The notes under the pieces are model-generated. The model was not told the origin of the DNA and did not search any database. It saw only the letters and a list, made by a program, of their open reading frames with translations. A stretch of DNA of 64,000 bases. Origin: a virus (Duplodnaviria; Caudoviricetes). The DNA lies in IMG/VR virus record IMGVR_UViG_3300037418_001301, positions 1 through 64,000 of that record; one strand, 5' to 3'. Below are positions 1-10,332 of the stretch, piece by piece. How positions within the stretch are numbered: position 1 is the stretch's first letter; every line of letters begins with the position of its first letter. Both the position numbers and the translations under genes were made by a program.

Positions 1-653
1 GAAGAAGAGCCCGCCGCCAGCGCGGGTGTGTTGGGGGACGGACTAACGGCGGACTCTTCGTTTGAGCCAGTATCGGCGGAGGACTTGGCCGAATCTTCTG
101 GCTCTGTTGATGATGCCTGGACGGAAGGTGAGGCATCATCATCGCCGGCATCGGAGGAGGGGGTGTCCTTGCCGGGATTGGTAATCTCGCCTGTTTGCGG
201 ATCTATGATCTCGTCATCTTCGGCGTCGACATGCGCGGTTTCACGCTTAAGCGTCTCAACGTCCACGCCCGTCAGGCGCTCAAGCAGCGCCATCGCGTCG
301 TTGAAATATTCCTCCATTTCCTTGTCATCCAGATCGACAAGCGAGCGGGGATACTGGAAGAACTGGCCTCCAGCTGTCTTGCTGACGTTGACGATGCCGC
401 AAGCAAGCTTAATGGCCTGGTGGGCGGCTTCCGCGTTCGTCCATGGCGTTTTGCATTCCTTGACTACCTTGCCAAGGATCGCGCGGTATTTGCGCTCCAG
501 CGGTCGCATGCGATCGGCTGTGAAGCGAACCATCACCGTCGATCCGATCCGATACGAGTCCAACCGCTCGGCGTCATACTGCCCAGATGGCACGAGACGC
601 CCGCGCTCGACGCGCATCCTGAACGGTGGCGGGAGATGTTTTGCGGCGCTCAT
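1..653 (-). CDS. Hypothetical phage protein, 3' end off the window (weak NinB/DUF1367-like resemblance)
   Basis: ATG at 653 overlaps the TGA of the upstream gene (ATGA coupling). It reads open to the edge (MSAAKHLPPPFRMRVERGRLVP...). It is absent from the ORF track because there is no stop in the window. Confidence 0.65.
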   Translation of the reverse strand, partial: MSAAKHLPPPFRMRVERGRLVPSGQYDAERLDSYRIGSTVMVRFTADRMRPLERKYRAILGKVVKECKTPWTNAEAAHQAIKLACGIVNVSKTAGGQFFQYPRSLVDLDDKEMEEYFNDAMALLERLTGVDVETLKRETAHVDAEDDEIIDPQTGEITNPGKDTPSSDAGDDDASPSVQASSTEPEDSAKSSADTGSNEESAVSPSPNTPALAAGSS

Positions 654-883
654 GAATCGCCTCCGGCTGCTTTGATGTCAGCGATGATCTTCCCGACATC
701 AGCCCTGTCCATCCAGACGACAATTCCAAGTCGCTGCGTGCCGTTCATGTCGATAGGTTGCTCAGTTCCGAAGGTGATCTTCGTGACGCCCCTGTTCATG
801 TCCAGGCGTTCCGTGCATTGATCCAAGTTTTGGAACTGAATGTGTTCGTCTCCATACCGGGCGATAAGCTCTGAAAGTTTCAT
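650..883 (-). CDS. Hypothetical protein
   Basis: 77-aa ORF, ATGA-coupled to both neighbours. Confidence 0.6.
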   Translation of the reverse strand: MKLSELIARYGDEHIQFQNLDQCTERLDMNRGVTKITFGTEQPIDMNGTQRLGIVVWMDRADVGKIIADIKAAGGDS

Positions 884-1962
884 GACGCGCCTCCAATCCG
901 CTTCAAGGCACGCTTCTTGATGGCCTGTGCAATGCCTTGATTAACGTCACTGTTCGGCTTGCCTTCGAAGTGGGCGAGTGGATCGAAGTCGTTCCAGACT
1001 TCCTCCGCCGTCGCGATGTCAGAAACGACCGCAAGGGCGTCTTCTAATTCTTGGAAGTAATCAGAATCGCTGATCTCAACCTCTTCGTTTGCCTCCGCCA
1101 TTTCCTCGATGCTCGGCTCATCATGCTCGATGACCTTCGACTGTGGTTTTTGCTTTTGTTCCATGCGCGCATCAACGGGGCGCGGCGGCTCAGGCGGCGC
1201 AGGTGGCTTTGGCGGTTCGTGGTTGATCACGACGCCAGTGTCGATTTCCCTGCCTTCCATTTCCTCAGCCGCATAGACGTTCCCCAACTCCTCTGGGAAT
1301 GCCTTGCGCAGCGCGGCGGCCTCAACACATTTGTCCAACTGACCGCGCGGACGTTTTGCCCACATATCGTTCGGCAGTTCAGACTTGCCAGCGCTAGCGT
1401 ACATTTCTTCCCAGAAGACGCGAGCGGTGAAGGCGCAGCGGGCACCATGGTTCATACGATAGACGGTTACTTTCGCCCACTCGGGGTAGCGGACGAGTTT
1501 GGTGACCTTGTTGGAAACTTTCTGCCGGTCTTCCCATTGGTCTACCATGCCCTCGAAATTGCGCTCGACAATCGGGCCGAACTCAACTTCGTCAATGCCG
1601 GCGTAATCGCCCGTGCGCGATGCTGTGGTGCGGATTTCCGCTATTCCGGGCCAAACTGTCTCGACGTACGCCTTCTTCGCTGTTGACCACATAGGAACAA
1701 TGTGAACGGGCTTCTTGAAGATGTCGAGATTGCGCTTCCTGCAATAGGTGAGTGCCATCATGACGGCTTCGACCGTCTTGGCAGCAGGAAAGATTTGTTC
1801 CACAAGAACACGCCAGTCGGCAGGCTGCAACTCAAATTCCTTGGCGATGGCCGGCGAGATGGGAAGGCGCGAAGGCGCTAAAGCTGGGACGTTGTTGGTC
1901 GCCTCGCGCTGTTCTGTGTGCTGTTGCCTAGTTTGCGTCTGAACGTTCATCAGAAATCCCAC
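880..1962 (-). CDS. bet: Phage recombination protein Bet (single-strand annealing protein)
   Basis: Motifs LDIFKKPVHIVPMW, GIAEIRTTASRTGDYAG, W..RPRGQLDKC.EA.ALRKAFP; acidic C-terminal tail. Confidence 0.88.
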   Translation of the reverse strand: MGFLMNVQTQTRQQHTEQREATNNVPALAPSRLPISPAIAKEFELQPADWRVLVEQIFPAAKTVEAVMMALTYCRKRNLDIFKKPVHIVPMWSTAKKAYVETVWPGIAEIRTTASRTGDYAGIDEVEFGPIVERNFEGMVDQWEDRQKVSNKVTKLVRYPEWAKVTVYRMNHGARCAFTARVFWEEMYASAGKSELPNDMWAKRPRGQLDKCVEAAALRKAFPEELGNVYAAEEMEGREIDTGVVINHEPPKPPAPPEPPRPVDARMEQKQKPQSKVIEHDEPSIEEMAEANEEVEISDSDYFQELEDALAVVSDIATAEEVWNDFDPLAHFEGKPNSDVNQGIAQAIKKRALKRIGGAS

Positions 1963-2225
1963 CCTTCGTTTTTCGGCTCTTCGGCCTTCGGCTGCTCCTC
2001 GGCGATGCGGAGGATTTCCTTCTCAGCCATTTCGGATTCGGCCTTGATGGCGACGATTTCGACGGTCGTCTCTCCGCGCTTCGTGGCCACGATGGCTTTG
2101 TCTCCCGGCTTCAAATCCATGCCTTCGGGAATGAAGTAGTCGTAGACTTTGGCATCGCCTTCCTTCTGCCATTTGAACTTTACGGCAGCGATGGCGCGGG
2201 TAGTAGGCGTAAGCGAGTCAGTCAT
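1950..2225 (-). CDS. Hypothetical protein
   Basis: Small beta-rich ORF (YDYFIPEGMDLKPGDKAIV) in the early operon; ATG at 2225 is coupled to the upstream stop. Confidence 0.6.
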   Translation of the reverse strand: MTDSLTPTTRAIAAVKFKWQKEGDAKVYDYFIPEGMDLKPGDKAIVATKRGETTVEIVAIKAESEMAEKEILRIAEEQPKAEEPKNEGWDF

Positions 2226-2401
2226 GACCAATCCTCATGGTTCATCGAGTTTGCTTTGAAGGCGCGGTGCATCTGATCAAGTTCGATCCGGCAATCGTTC
2301 CATGCGTACCAGGCAGCGTCTCTGACGCCCCGGCAGAATGTCGAGATGAACGTCCATGATAGAACCCACGGCGCCGCGACTGAGATCGATATCCGAAGCA
2401 T
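2222..2401 (-). CDS. Small hypothetical protein (59 aa)
   Basis: Read manually; fills the gap with start/stop overlaps on both sides. Confidence 0.4.
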   Translation of the reverse strand: MLRISISVAAPWVLSWTFISTFCRGVRDAAWYAWNDCRIELDQMHRAFKANSMNHEDWS

Positions 2402-3435
2402 CAGCGCACCTTTGCGATTTCAGTTACAGTGATCCCCGGTATATTCGTTCGCCCAGCATCCAGCGCACGTTGCGCAAGCTGTCGCAGAAGTGTGCGGCAT
2501 TCTTCATGGCTGGACATATAGACGGCGAGCGCAGGCCAGTCCGTCACCTGATCGACAACGACGGTTGCCTTGACGGACGCGGCCTTGCCGTAAGAGGCGC
2601 GAATGGATGTCGGCGCGGCGACGGTGAGCGGCTCGGGAACTGGTGCAGCAATCGGCTCAGGATCGCCGCTGACAGGCGCAGCGGCAAGCGCGGCCTCTTG
2701 CTGCTTGCGCAGATCTTCTTGCTGCCTGCGCTCTTCCTCGCGCCGCTGGCGAAGCTTTTCTGTCTCCCATGCCTCCATCGCGGCTTTGACTTTGTCAGCC
2801 CCGGCTTTGGCGTTCTTTACAAGCGGCATCCATGTCTTGTCGATCTTCGTGCCGGCGTCGAGGTGCGGGCGTTTCAAGGCGTCTCTTTTTTTGTCCGCCT
2901 CGCCGGATAGCTCGTTGAGCCGGTTGCGAAGTGACTGAGCCTTTGCCGCCGTTTCGTCGTCGGTGATCTTGGCATAGGCATCTATGCCCTTAATCGCCGC
3001 GTCGATCTGATCCTTGAGTTTTTCAGACTCGTCCACTTCGCCGGAATTGTCACCGATCGTCGGCGCTGGCGGCGCGATCTGTGCGGCAACGACAGCATCG
3101 TCATCTGGCCAGCCCTTGCCTTCGAGGGCGTCTACATATGCTTTGTGTGTCACGGGCTGCCGGCAGGCCCACGTGAAAAGTTCAGGGATGTCATCAACCG
3201 GCCTATTATCGCGATAGGCGACCGTGCGACCTTCTGCGTCCGGATAAATGCCGACAGGCTCCCACGCGCCACCCTTGCGGCGAACTCGGTAGTAACCAAG
3301 CTGATATTCGCCGGGATGAACCGGCAGCGATGCCGAGCCGACTGCAGATGGATTCGCCAATGCTCCGAAATACCACTGCCAACGCTCAATAATGGCGACC
3401 TGTGTAATGTCGCCAGCTTTGATTGCTTCGTTCAT
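2401..3435 (-). CDS. Hypothetical phage protein with coiled-coil centre
   Basis: 344-aa ORF with SD (GGAGGA), next to bet. Confidence 0.7.
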   Translation of the reverse strand: MNEAIKAGDITQVAIIERWQWYFGALANPSAVGSASLPVHPGEYQLGYYRVRRKGGAWEPVGIYPDAEGRTVAYRDNRPVDDIPELFTWACRQPVTHKAYVDALEGKGWPDDDAVVAAQIAPPAPTIGDNSGEVDESEKLKDQIDAAIKGIDAYAKITDDETAAKAQSLRNRLNELSGEADKKRDALKRPHLDAGTKIDKTWMPLVKNAKAGADKVKAAMEAWETEKLRQRREEERRQQEDLRKQQEAALAAAPVSGDPEPIAAPVPEPLTVAAPTSIRASYGKAASVKATVVVDQVTDWPALAVYMSSHEECRTLLRQLAQRALDAGRTNIPGITVTEIAKVR

Positions 3436-4208
3436 CCGTTCCTCCTATTGCGTCCCGTTTTGATGGCGCTGATAGTCGTCTTGGCAACTCCATATTCGGA
3501 AGCCAGATCGACGCCGCGCTCGCCGCGGGAAAGCCTGGTTTTGATTCTGGAAACTTCTTGGCTGGTGAGTCTGCTCTTGTAGTGAGACTCGCCGAAGTAG
3601 GGATGGTATTCGGGGTCATCGTAGACGATGCGATCAGCACTAACGATGCCGTCAAGGTGCTTCCAAGTCCGGCCAGTGATTGCGCCCCATGCAGTATTTT
3701 TAGCGACACCAGTGGCTTTGATGATAGTTCCAAATGATGTGCCTTCACCTGCCATCCTTCGGATTTCCTTGACCAAATCACTGGTTAGGACTGATTTTCC
3801 AGAGTTCTCGCCGATTGCTGGCCTCATTCGTCCACGGCGCCATGCGTCCGCTACATTGTCGATCGGCAAGCCGCGCACTAGGTGATCAGGGTTGACGCAA
3901 CATCTCAAATCGCATCTGTGCCTGACGACGAAGCCAACCGACGATCCGTCTCCGTTGGCAGATTCGTAGCTAGTACGGTGCGCTGAATAGACTTTTTGTT
4001 TGAGGGTGAAATTGCCGTACCCGTCAGCCCCAGTTGCTCCGATCCATAACCAGCATCCGCTCATTGGCTCTTCAATGTATCGGTGGAAATATCGGCTATG
4101 AAAATCAGGAATGAAGGACGGAGTTTTTGCTACACCGCAGAACGCATCGCCAGCAACTTTGTCGACTAAATCCAGAGCCAGCGCGCCGATTGAAACAGCT
4201 TCATTCAC
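3432..4208 (-). CDS. Free-standing HNH (His-Me finger) homing endonuclease
   Basis: GCWLW...GYG...AHR.SY...VRHRCD...CVNPDHL...N; two C-terminal GE..KS.LT..V..I DNA-binding repeats; GTG start. Confidence 0.88.
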   Translation of the reverse strand: MNEAVSIGALALDLVDKVAGDAFCGVAKTPSFIPDFHSRYFHRYIEEPMSGCWLWIGATGADGYGNFTLKQKVYSAHRTSYESANGDGSSVGFVVRHRCDLRCCVNPDHLVRGLPIDNVADAWRRGRMRPAIGENSGKSVLTSDLVKEIRRMAGEGTSFGTIIKATGVAKNTAWGAITGRTWKHLDGIVSADRIVYDDPEYHPYFGESHYKSRLTSQEVSRIKTRLSRGERGVDLASEYGVAKTTISAIKTGRNRRNG

Positions 4209-4311
4209 GGTTCAAACCCTTTCGTGCGGCGTCGGCTTGAGCGACAACTGACAGGCTCAGATCGCCGATTGATTGTTCATTTCCTTGGATGTCGAGAAGG
4301 TCGGCCATGGT

Positions 4312-7006
4312 TCAGACATCCTGCTCAGATGGGAGGAGAGAGCGGAGCCGGAAGCACATGAAACGCTTCTGCTGCATCTCCTGGACTTGGCTGTCGGAAA
4401 TCGGCAGCATCGACTTGAAAAGCAGGTGGCGCTGCGCGTCGGTGTAGAGATTAAGGGCTGAGGCGAAATCGCCACGCTTGACGAAGCTGTCAGCCAGCAA
4501 CAGTATTTGCGCGTAATTCATGGCTACTGAACCTCATTTGCGATGTTGTAATTGTGACCGTTCTGCACCCCGCGCTCGGCAATCATGGCGCCAATGATGG
4601 CGAGGGTTCCGATCAGGCAGCCGATCTGTACGGCTTCGATGATGGCGTACCGGCGGTCAGCGAGGAGTTGGAGGAACTCTGGAAGATCACGCATCAGCGT
4701 CAACCTCCCACTCGCGATCAATCACGACTTCGTAGAATGGCTCATCCTCGTATTGCTCAAGGAGCGCGTCATAGTCGTCTTGAGACGCATCCCAGAGTTT
4801 TTGGACGACATCGCCTTCCACGTTATTCCACACGCTGATTTCGTATCGAGGTTCAGCCATTGGAGCCTCCCTGCATCGGAAGACGCTCAATGGATTCGAC
4901 ATTGACGTCCAACTCGCGGCCATCAATGCCCATATCCTTGATCTCGCCGTAGCCTTCGGTGAAGCAGTCGAGGAGCCCGCGAGCCTGCAGTTGAGCCAAA
5001 TGCTCGACGTGATCGTTGATGTCGTAGAACGGGTAGAAACTCTGTCGAAATTCGGCCATGAAGGCTTCATCGAACTTCGTCTCGTCCAGTTCTATTTCCA
5101 CGTCGATAATGACGGAGGCTTTGAATTTAGCCATTGCCTCCTCCATTGCCAAGCGCGGCGCGGGCGACATCGCCGCAGTCGCATATGGCGCTACCTTCCT
5201 GCTTTGCGACAGGGATGCAATTCTGAGTGAAGCATTCAGGGTCGCCATCCCATGAGGGGCTATTGATATAATTGGCCGGATCGGCGTAGAATTTCAGCGC
5301 CGCCTCCATATCTGCACGCGAGGCGACTGGCGACGATGGGCCGCTCAACAGAGCGACCTCAGCTTCGGATATTGCTTCTGAGAAATCGTACTCGTCGTAG
5401 ACGTTCGGTAAGGCGCTCGCAATTTTCATTGCCACATGAGCGCTGCGCAATGCTGCCATCAGTCGCTCGTTCTCCGCCTCCAGTTCTTCTACACGAGCCT
5501 GGAGAGCGGAGTAGGAGTTGACGGCGGTGACGATTGCTTGCGCACGCTCCGGCCTGCATATGCCAGACATCTCGAAATACTCGTTGCAGTCCGCATTGAA
5601 GGAGTTCTTCCAGCCGGACACCGTGAGATAGACGTGATGATGCTCGTCTTCGTCGCGGTCGCCGATGCGGAGTTCGTATTTATCAGGCGCGGTCATTGGC
5701 TGGCTCCTCGGAAAGGGCGGATGGGTTCACTGCGCCTAGAACGCGCTGTAGCGCCGCGATAATCGCCTCTGCTTCATGGTGAGGTTCTGGGCCGCGCAAT
5801 AGCGTTGCTTCCTCGCTTTCTAGGGAGGCAATCGGGCCGAACATCTCACCGATGGCATCTCGCACCATGCGGAGGGCAGCGGCGTAAGGGGCAACAGCAT
5901 CCGCGAAGAAGTTCGCTGGCTCCTCGGAAAGGATAGCCGCAACCCTCGCAGCAGCCCTGTACTGGCGCGTGACGCGATCCGGCGTGTTTTGGCAGGGGCA
6001 GTAATCATCCACCCCACGGCAAGCGCAGCGGTCGGCTTGGGCCTTCTGTTCGGCGACGGTGAGGAGAGGTTCAGTTCGCATCGCGCTCGTCCTCCCACCT
6101 GACATCGCGGTCATAGTCGGCGTCATAGCTGTCATCGAAGTCGTGATTTTCGGCAATCCAGCCGCACCATTTCCGGTCCTCTGCATCCGTCCACTTGATG
6201 TCGCTGCCAGCCTCATCCTTGACGCTGACGATCTCGACTTCACCGCCTTCGGGCGGATAACAATTTTCAGGCGGCCCGCTGGAGACGCCGGGATCGTATG
6301 GGCTGATCGTGTATTCGACGGTGACTTCCGTTTCGTCGTCGCGCTCAAATGAGGTGAAATGTGTTCTTGGCATCGCCTCAACTCCACATGTGTTCGCAAA
6401 TGCGATTGTTCGGATAGAAAAGCCGAGCGGAGACACGTTCGGCGTCAAGCTTGCGGGCGAAGCGAATGGCGTCCATATGATCCTGCGACCACATGTCGTC
6501 AGGACCGGCCCAATATGTTGGCGCGTCCGGGTTAGAGTCTCCGCGCTCGATGAGCCACGCGGTTTCCTGATTATGCATTTGCCACCTCGCTTTCGCGCTG
6601 AGCGCAGAACTTGTTGACACGACCGATCTGCCCGAGCGCCGCGGTAAGTTGTCGCTGGACATCCTCGACGGTGGCGCCAGCTGCAAACTGGCTGCCCATC
6701 CAATCTCCGAGCGAGGGAAGGACGTTGACCCGTACCGCAGCGGCCAGCATCAGTTTTGGATCAGTCGAGATGTAGAGCTTACGCATCGTCGCGGTCCTCG
6801 ATCTTGCGGCACATAGCGAGCGCCAGCGTTTCTAATCTCACCTGTGCGCTGTCGAGCATTATGGGACGGTCGTCGAGAGTTGCAGCCTTCGCTTCTATCA
6901 GGCGCCTGTGGAGCCTGGCCGCGGCGTCGATGGCCTGTTCAAGTTGAAACTGTGTCATGGCTGGCCTCCCTGGCGGCAGCAAATGCACTGAAGATTGCCT
7001 TGTCAT
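4312..7006 (-). other. Cluster of small coupled hypothetical early ORFs (e.g. 4312-4521, 5127-5696, 5683-6081, 6071-6373, 6378-6578, 6571-6786, 6779-7006)
   Basis: Consecutive minus-strand ORFs, many overlapping or nearly abutting and several with SD sequences; no recognisable domains. Confidence 0.55.
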
Positions 7007-7045
7007 CGGTGCGGTCTGGTGTGGGCTTGGTGAGCATGGCTGGCC

Positions 7046-7795
7046 TCACGCTTCCATCGTCACGACGCAGGTATTCACTGTCGTTCCGGATGACTTGAAC
7101 GAGTCCTCGGGAAGCCGCTCGATCGAGCCGTTATGCGCGTAGACGAATTCTCGGAAATCGCTGGTGAGTTTGTTGTCTCGGAACATGACTCCAGACGACA
7201 TGATGGAAACCAGCCTGCCGCCCGACTTTAGGAACTTGAAGGCGTGCAGCACGTGGTGAATATCCGCTTGCTTGGCGAATGGCGGGTTCATGACGACACG
7301 ATCAAATGAAAATCCGTCGCTTGGATGTGCCGCGAGAAAATCTGAGATGTTAACAGCCTTGGCAATGTCACGAAGCTTCTCAGCGCGCTTCGGATCAATC
7401 TCGAAGCAGGTAACGCGACCGCCTGCGGCACCGGCGGCTGCAGCAATACGACCAATACCGGCGCTCGGTTCTAGGACTGGAATTCCTGGCTCGATGCCAG
7501 CCATAGCGACGATTTCCGCCGCTAAGTCTTCCGGCGTATCGAACTGTCCGAAATCCTGCTTGGTCCGGCTGTAAGCGCCTGTCAGCATGATAGGCTCCAG
7601 AGCCTCGATCGCGTCTCCATCAAACACATGGGCCTTGGCGCTGCGGTTCCATTTACCGCCCGCAGCCTCAAGAACCTTGTTCGTATCGGTGTAGAGCTTG
7701 CGATCAAGTTGGCCGACGAGGACGAACTTCGAGCCGTCGTATTGGCCGGCGTCCAGAACCTTCAAAACTGCTTCGCTGATCTGTGGCATTTCCAT
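7046..7795 (-). CDS. Orphan DNA adenine methyltransferase
   Basis: Motif I VLEPSAGIG and motif IV MNPPF; no cognate restriction enzyme adjacent. Confidence 0.88.
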   Translation of the reverse strand: MEMPQISEAVLKVLDAGQYDGSKFVLVGQLDRKLYTDTNKVLEAAGGKWNRSAKAHVFDGDAIEALEPIMLTGAYSRTKQDFGQFDTPEDLAAEIVAMAGIEPGIPVLEPSAGIGRIAAAAGAAGGRVTCFEIDPKRAEKLRDIAKAVNISDFLAAHPSDGFSFDRVVMNPPFAKQADIHHVLHAFKFLKSGGRLVSIMSSGVMFRDNKLTSDFREFVYAHNGSIERLPEDSFKSSGTTVNTCVVTMEA

Positions 7796-7843
7796 TCCTC
7801 CAGCCGCTAAGCGGCGATCTTGCGCACTGCAGGCGCGTGCTGC

Positions 7844-8209
7844 TTATGCTCGTGAGTGATCGTAAGAGACGGACAGGATCGCCCTGCGGTGCGCTACCTG
7901 GGCCGCGATGTCGTCCTCGTCGCGGCCGTCGATCTGGTCGAGAAACACGCTATCCACAGCCCCACGCGGGCCGGTGACGTTGAACATCTCGTCGGATATG
8001 TACGAGCCGTCTCCGCCAAGCTGGTAGGCCAAGCCTTCGAAGCTGGCGAACATGTCAGCCATGAAAGACCGGAAGGCTTCACGGTTCGTGCGAGGATCAT
8101 TATTCCGGTCCATCTCGGCTTTCGCGCGGGAGATCGCTGCGTGCATGCTGTCGTAATGGTTTTCCATTGTCGTTGATCCTTGGGCGCGGGCAGTGATGGT
8201 GATGGACAT
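7844..8209 (-). CDS. Hypothetical protein
   Basis: ORF within the early operon. Confidence 0.5.
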   Translation of the reverse strand: MSITITARAQGSTTMENHYDSMHAAISRAKAEMDRNNDPRTNREAFRSFMADMFASFEGLAYQLGGDGSYISDEMFNVTGPRGAVDSVFLDQIDGRDEDDIAAQVAHRRAILSVSYDHSRA

Positions 8210-8214
8210 GGGCG

Positions 8215-8616
8215 TTACTCCGCGGCGTCCGCAGAGAACCGATCCTCGAAATGGCTGCGATACCAGTCGAGCATGATCGAGTTCATGTATTTGTTGATGT
8301 GTGGCGGGAATGGCGTATCGACGTGCCGCAACAACGGTTCAATGCGCTCCGAGAAATACAGGCTCGAACCGTCGTGCCAGCAAGGGCACTTCAAAAGCCA
8401 GCATTCCGCGTGGTCGGGCTTATCGGAATTGAAGTCGTACATCGGGGTCTTGCTGTGCTTCTCGACGCCGCCGTAATATTCCTCAGGCCATCTCCAGCCT
8501 TCTGACGGAACGGGCTCGGCCCAAATGTGGATCGCGCCCTTATCGCCGATCGCCGTCCACATGTGCCGCGTTGTTTCGCCTTCTGGCGGAAGATAGTTGT
8601 ACTCAAGGTCTGCCAT
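8215..8616 (-). CDS. Hypothetical phage protein
   Basis: 133-aa ORF with a His/Cys cluster (DHAECWLLKCPCWHDGSS). Confidence 0.65.
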   Translation of the reverse strand: MADLEYNYLPPEGETTRHMWTAIGDKGAIHIWAEPVPSEGWRWPEEYYGGVEKHSKTPMYDFNSDKPDHAECWLLKCPCWHDGSSLYFSERIEPLLRHVDTPFPPHINKYMNSIMLDWYRSHFEDRFSADAAE

Positions 8617-8711
8617 TTCATTCCGTCCTTCCGTCTATCCGCATAAGCTCCACGAGGGGCGTGCGGGTGATGAGGTGAGCCTTTTCTCTTCGTGCTCAGG
8701 AAGGGGGTAGA

Positions 8712-9047
8712 TCAGGCGGCAAAACCAGGCTCTTCATGCCAGGGAACAACCGCCGCAAATGCCTCGCTGGCGTAATCTAGTTCTTTGATTGCTTCTGGCG
8801 ACTGATCTTCGAAAGCGACATGCCTTGCCGCGATAACCAATCTCGTAAGATCACGGAAGCGGAATGCCGACGTCGTGAACCAGTGCGCCGCAAGCTGGTT
8901 AGCTTCGCTTGGGCTGAATCCGGCTCGTGAGGAAAGCAGACCCTCCACAACAGCGCGATCTAGGCGGCGGGAAACGGCAACACCAAAGATCGCTCCGAGC
9001 CGGATGCTCAAAACCTTGTCGCTGATTTTCTTCGTTGCCATTTCCAT
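8712..9047 (-). CDS. Hypothetical protein
   Basis: ORF with SD in the early operon. Confidence 0.55.
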   Translation of the reverse strand: MEMATKKISDKVLSIRLGAIFGVAVSRRLDRAVVEGLLSSRAGFSPSEANQLAAHWFTTSAFRFRDLTRLVIAARHVAFEDQSPEAIKELDYASEAFAAVVPWHEEPGFAA

Positions 9048-9131
9048 CGTCCTCTATCTCTCAGCTTCCCGTAGCTTCGGCTGGGCCGGTGTCGGGGGCT
9101 GGTGAATGTCGAATGTTCGTGCTGGCGCGGT

Positions 9132-9683
9132 TCAGATACCAGCCGCCAACTTTCCGTCTAGGAGTTTTCCGCCCATCATGATCATTGATGGCGCCCATCC
9201 GACGTTGACGAATGCCTCGGCTCTCTGTTTCCCCCATCCACTCTTTCCAGGCACGCCTCCGAACAGCCGTTCCCATCCGGGCTCTAGGCATCGTTTCTGG
9301 TCCCAGAAGTCTCCGTTTTCAGCGAGGTAGTCGGCAAGTTCTTGGCGTGTGGCGAATGGCGGGGAAACGGGGGTTCCTTCCGAAACCGTCTCCCAAAGCT
9401 GAAACCATGTTGCGTCATCGTCAGCCCATGGACGGTAGTAAGCACGGCTAGGCGGGTTGCTCTCCCATTCCCAATACGAATAGTCAGACGGATATTCGGA
9501 GGCGTCGAAATGCGATGGGCGCTCTCCAGCTTCCCATTTTGCAAGCTCAGAAAGCCATTCTGCTTTTGCGGAGGCGTAGTTGCTGTCAAACATAGGTTGC
9601 AGACGCGTCCGCCCATAAGCATCTTCTGTTTCTGGATGCTGCCAATTCGGTGGAACCATTCTGATTTCACGTCCCATCGTCAT
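9132..9683 (-). CDS. Hypothetical phage protein, first gene of the leftward operon
   Basis: SD GGAGGG; lies downstream of the leftward promoter. Confidence 0.7.
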   Translation of the reverse strand: MTMGREIRMVPPNWQHPETEDAYGRTRLQPMFDSNYASAKAEWLSELAKWEAGERPSHFDASEYPSDYSYWEWESNPPSRAYYRPWADDDATWFQLWETVSEGTPVSPPFATRQELADYLAENGDFWDQKRCLEPGWERLFGGVPGKSGWGKQRAEAFVNVGWAPSMIMMGGKLLDGKLAAGI

Positions 9684-9743
9684 TCCCTCCTTGGTTCTGG
9701 TTCCTGCCGCTTCCCGTCAATGTGTTCGGCGGCTGATGGGGAG

Positions 9744-9772
9744 AACATAGCCTTCGACTGAACTTCAGTCAA
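9744..9772 (-). promoter_or_regulatory. Leftward early promoter overlapped by an operator palindrome
   Basis: Minus strand TTGACT-N17-TATGTT; contains GACTGAA-C-TTCAGTC (9756-9770). Confidence 0.75.
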
Positions 9773-9786
9773 CACGAAATTTCGCT

Positions 9787-9815
9787 TTGACTGAAAAAAG
9801 CTGACGCGCTATACC
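9787..9815 (+). promoter_or_regulatory. Rightward promoter for the HTH gene (probably a leaderless transcript)
   Basis: TTGACT-N17-TATACC, with the ATG 7 nt further on at 9823; starts with TTGACTGAA. Confidence 0.65.
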
Positions 9816-9822
9816 GTTCACC

Positions 9823-10128
9823 ATGAGTGAAGAGGCCAAGGCGCTTACGGCGCACTATCTGAGAAAGCGCGACAAGTGGCTACGTGATTTGGCCGATTGT
9901 CTAGACCTGAAACCCTTGTCGGTACGCGTCGGTTTGCACCTGGCTTTGCGCATGAGTTTGCGCAATCAGGAGGCGTGGCCGTCGATTGAGACGATTGCTA
10001 CCTCCATCGGTGCCAGTCAGCGAGGAGTGATTTCGGCGTTGGACGAATTGAAGGAAGAAGGGTTTCTTGGGATCGAGCGAAAACGGAATAAGGGGAACCG
10101 ATATTGGCTTCGCTTCAGGTGGGAATAA
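9823..10128 (+). CDS. Winged HTH protein (HTH_36-like, resembles the N-terminus of phage replication initiators)
   Basis: AWPSIETIATSIGASQRGVISALDELKEEGFL.IER...N.Y. Confidence 0.75.
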   Translation: MSEEAKALTAHYLRKRDKWLRDLADCLDLKPLSVRVGLHLALRMSLRNQEAWPSIETIATSIGASQRGVISALDELKEEGFLGIERKRNKGNRYWLRFRWE

Positions 10129-10165
10129 GTGCAAAATTTGCAGTTATATAAGTGCAAAATTTGCA
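10125..10165. repeat. Two 18-bp direct repeats ATAAGTGCAAAATTTGCA, each internally palindromic
   Basis: Copies at 10125-10142 and 10148-10165, followed by an AT-rich tract to about 10215. Confidence 0.85.
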
Positions 10166-10332
10166 CATGAATATACGTCAAGCTGAATAACGTTAAGGAT
10201 ATTATTTTTAGGTTCTTGCTCTGAAGGGTAATTGTTGGAAGGGTGCGGAACTGATAATTTTAGCGAATCGTCATATAAAATTTACAGAAGGGCGAACTGT
10301 CGCAACGTCGTCAGAGTTGTGACAGTGAGAAT

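Noticed and set aside
28-821. Plus-strand ORFs 28-675 and 195-821
   Set aside because: Antisense to the coupled minus-strand gene starting at 653.
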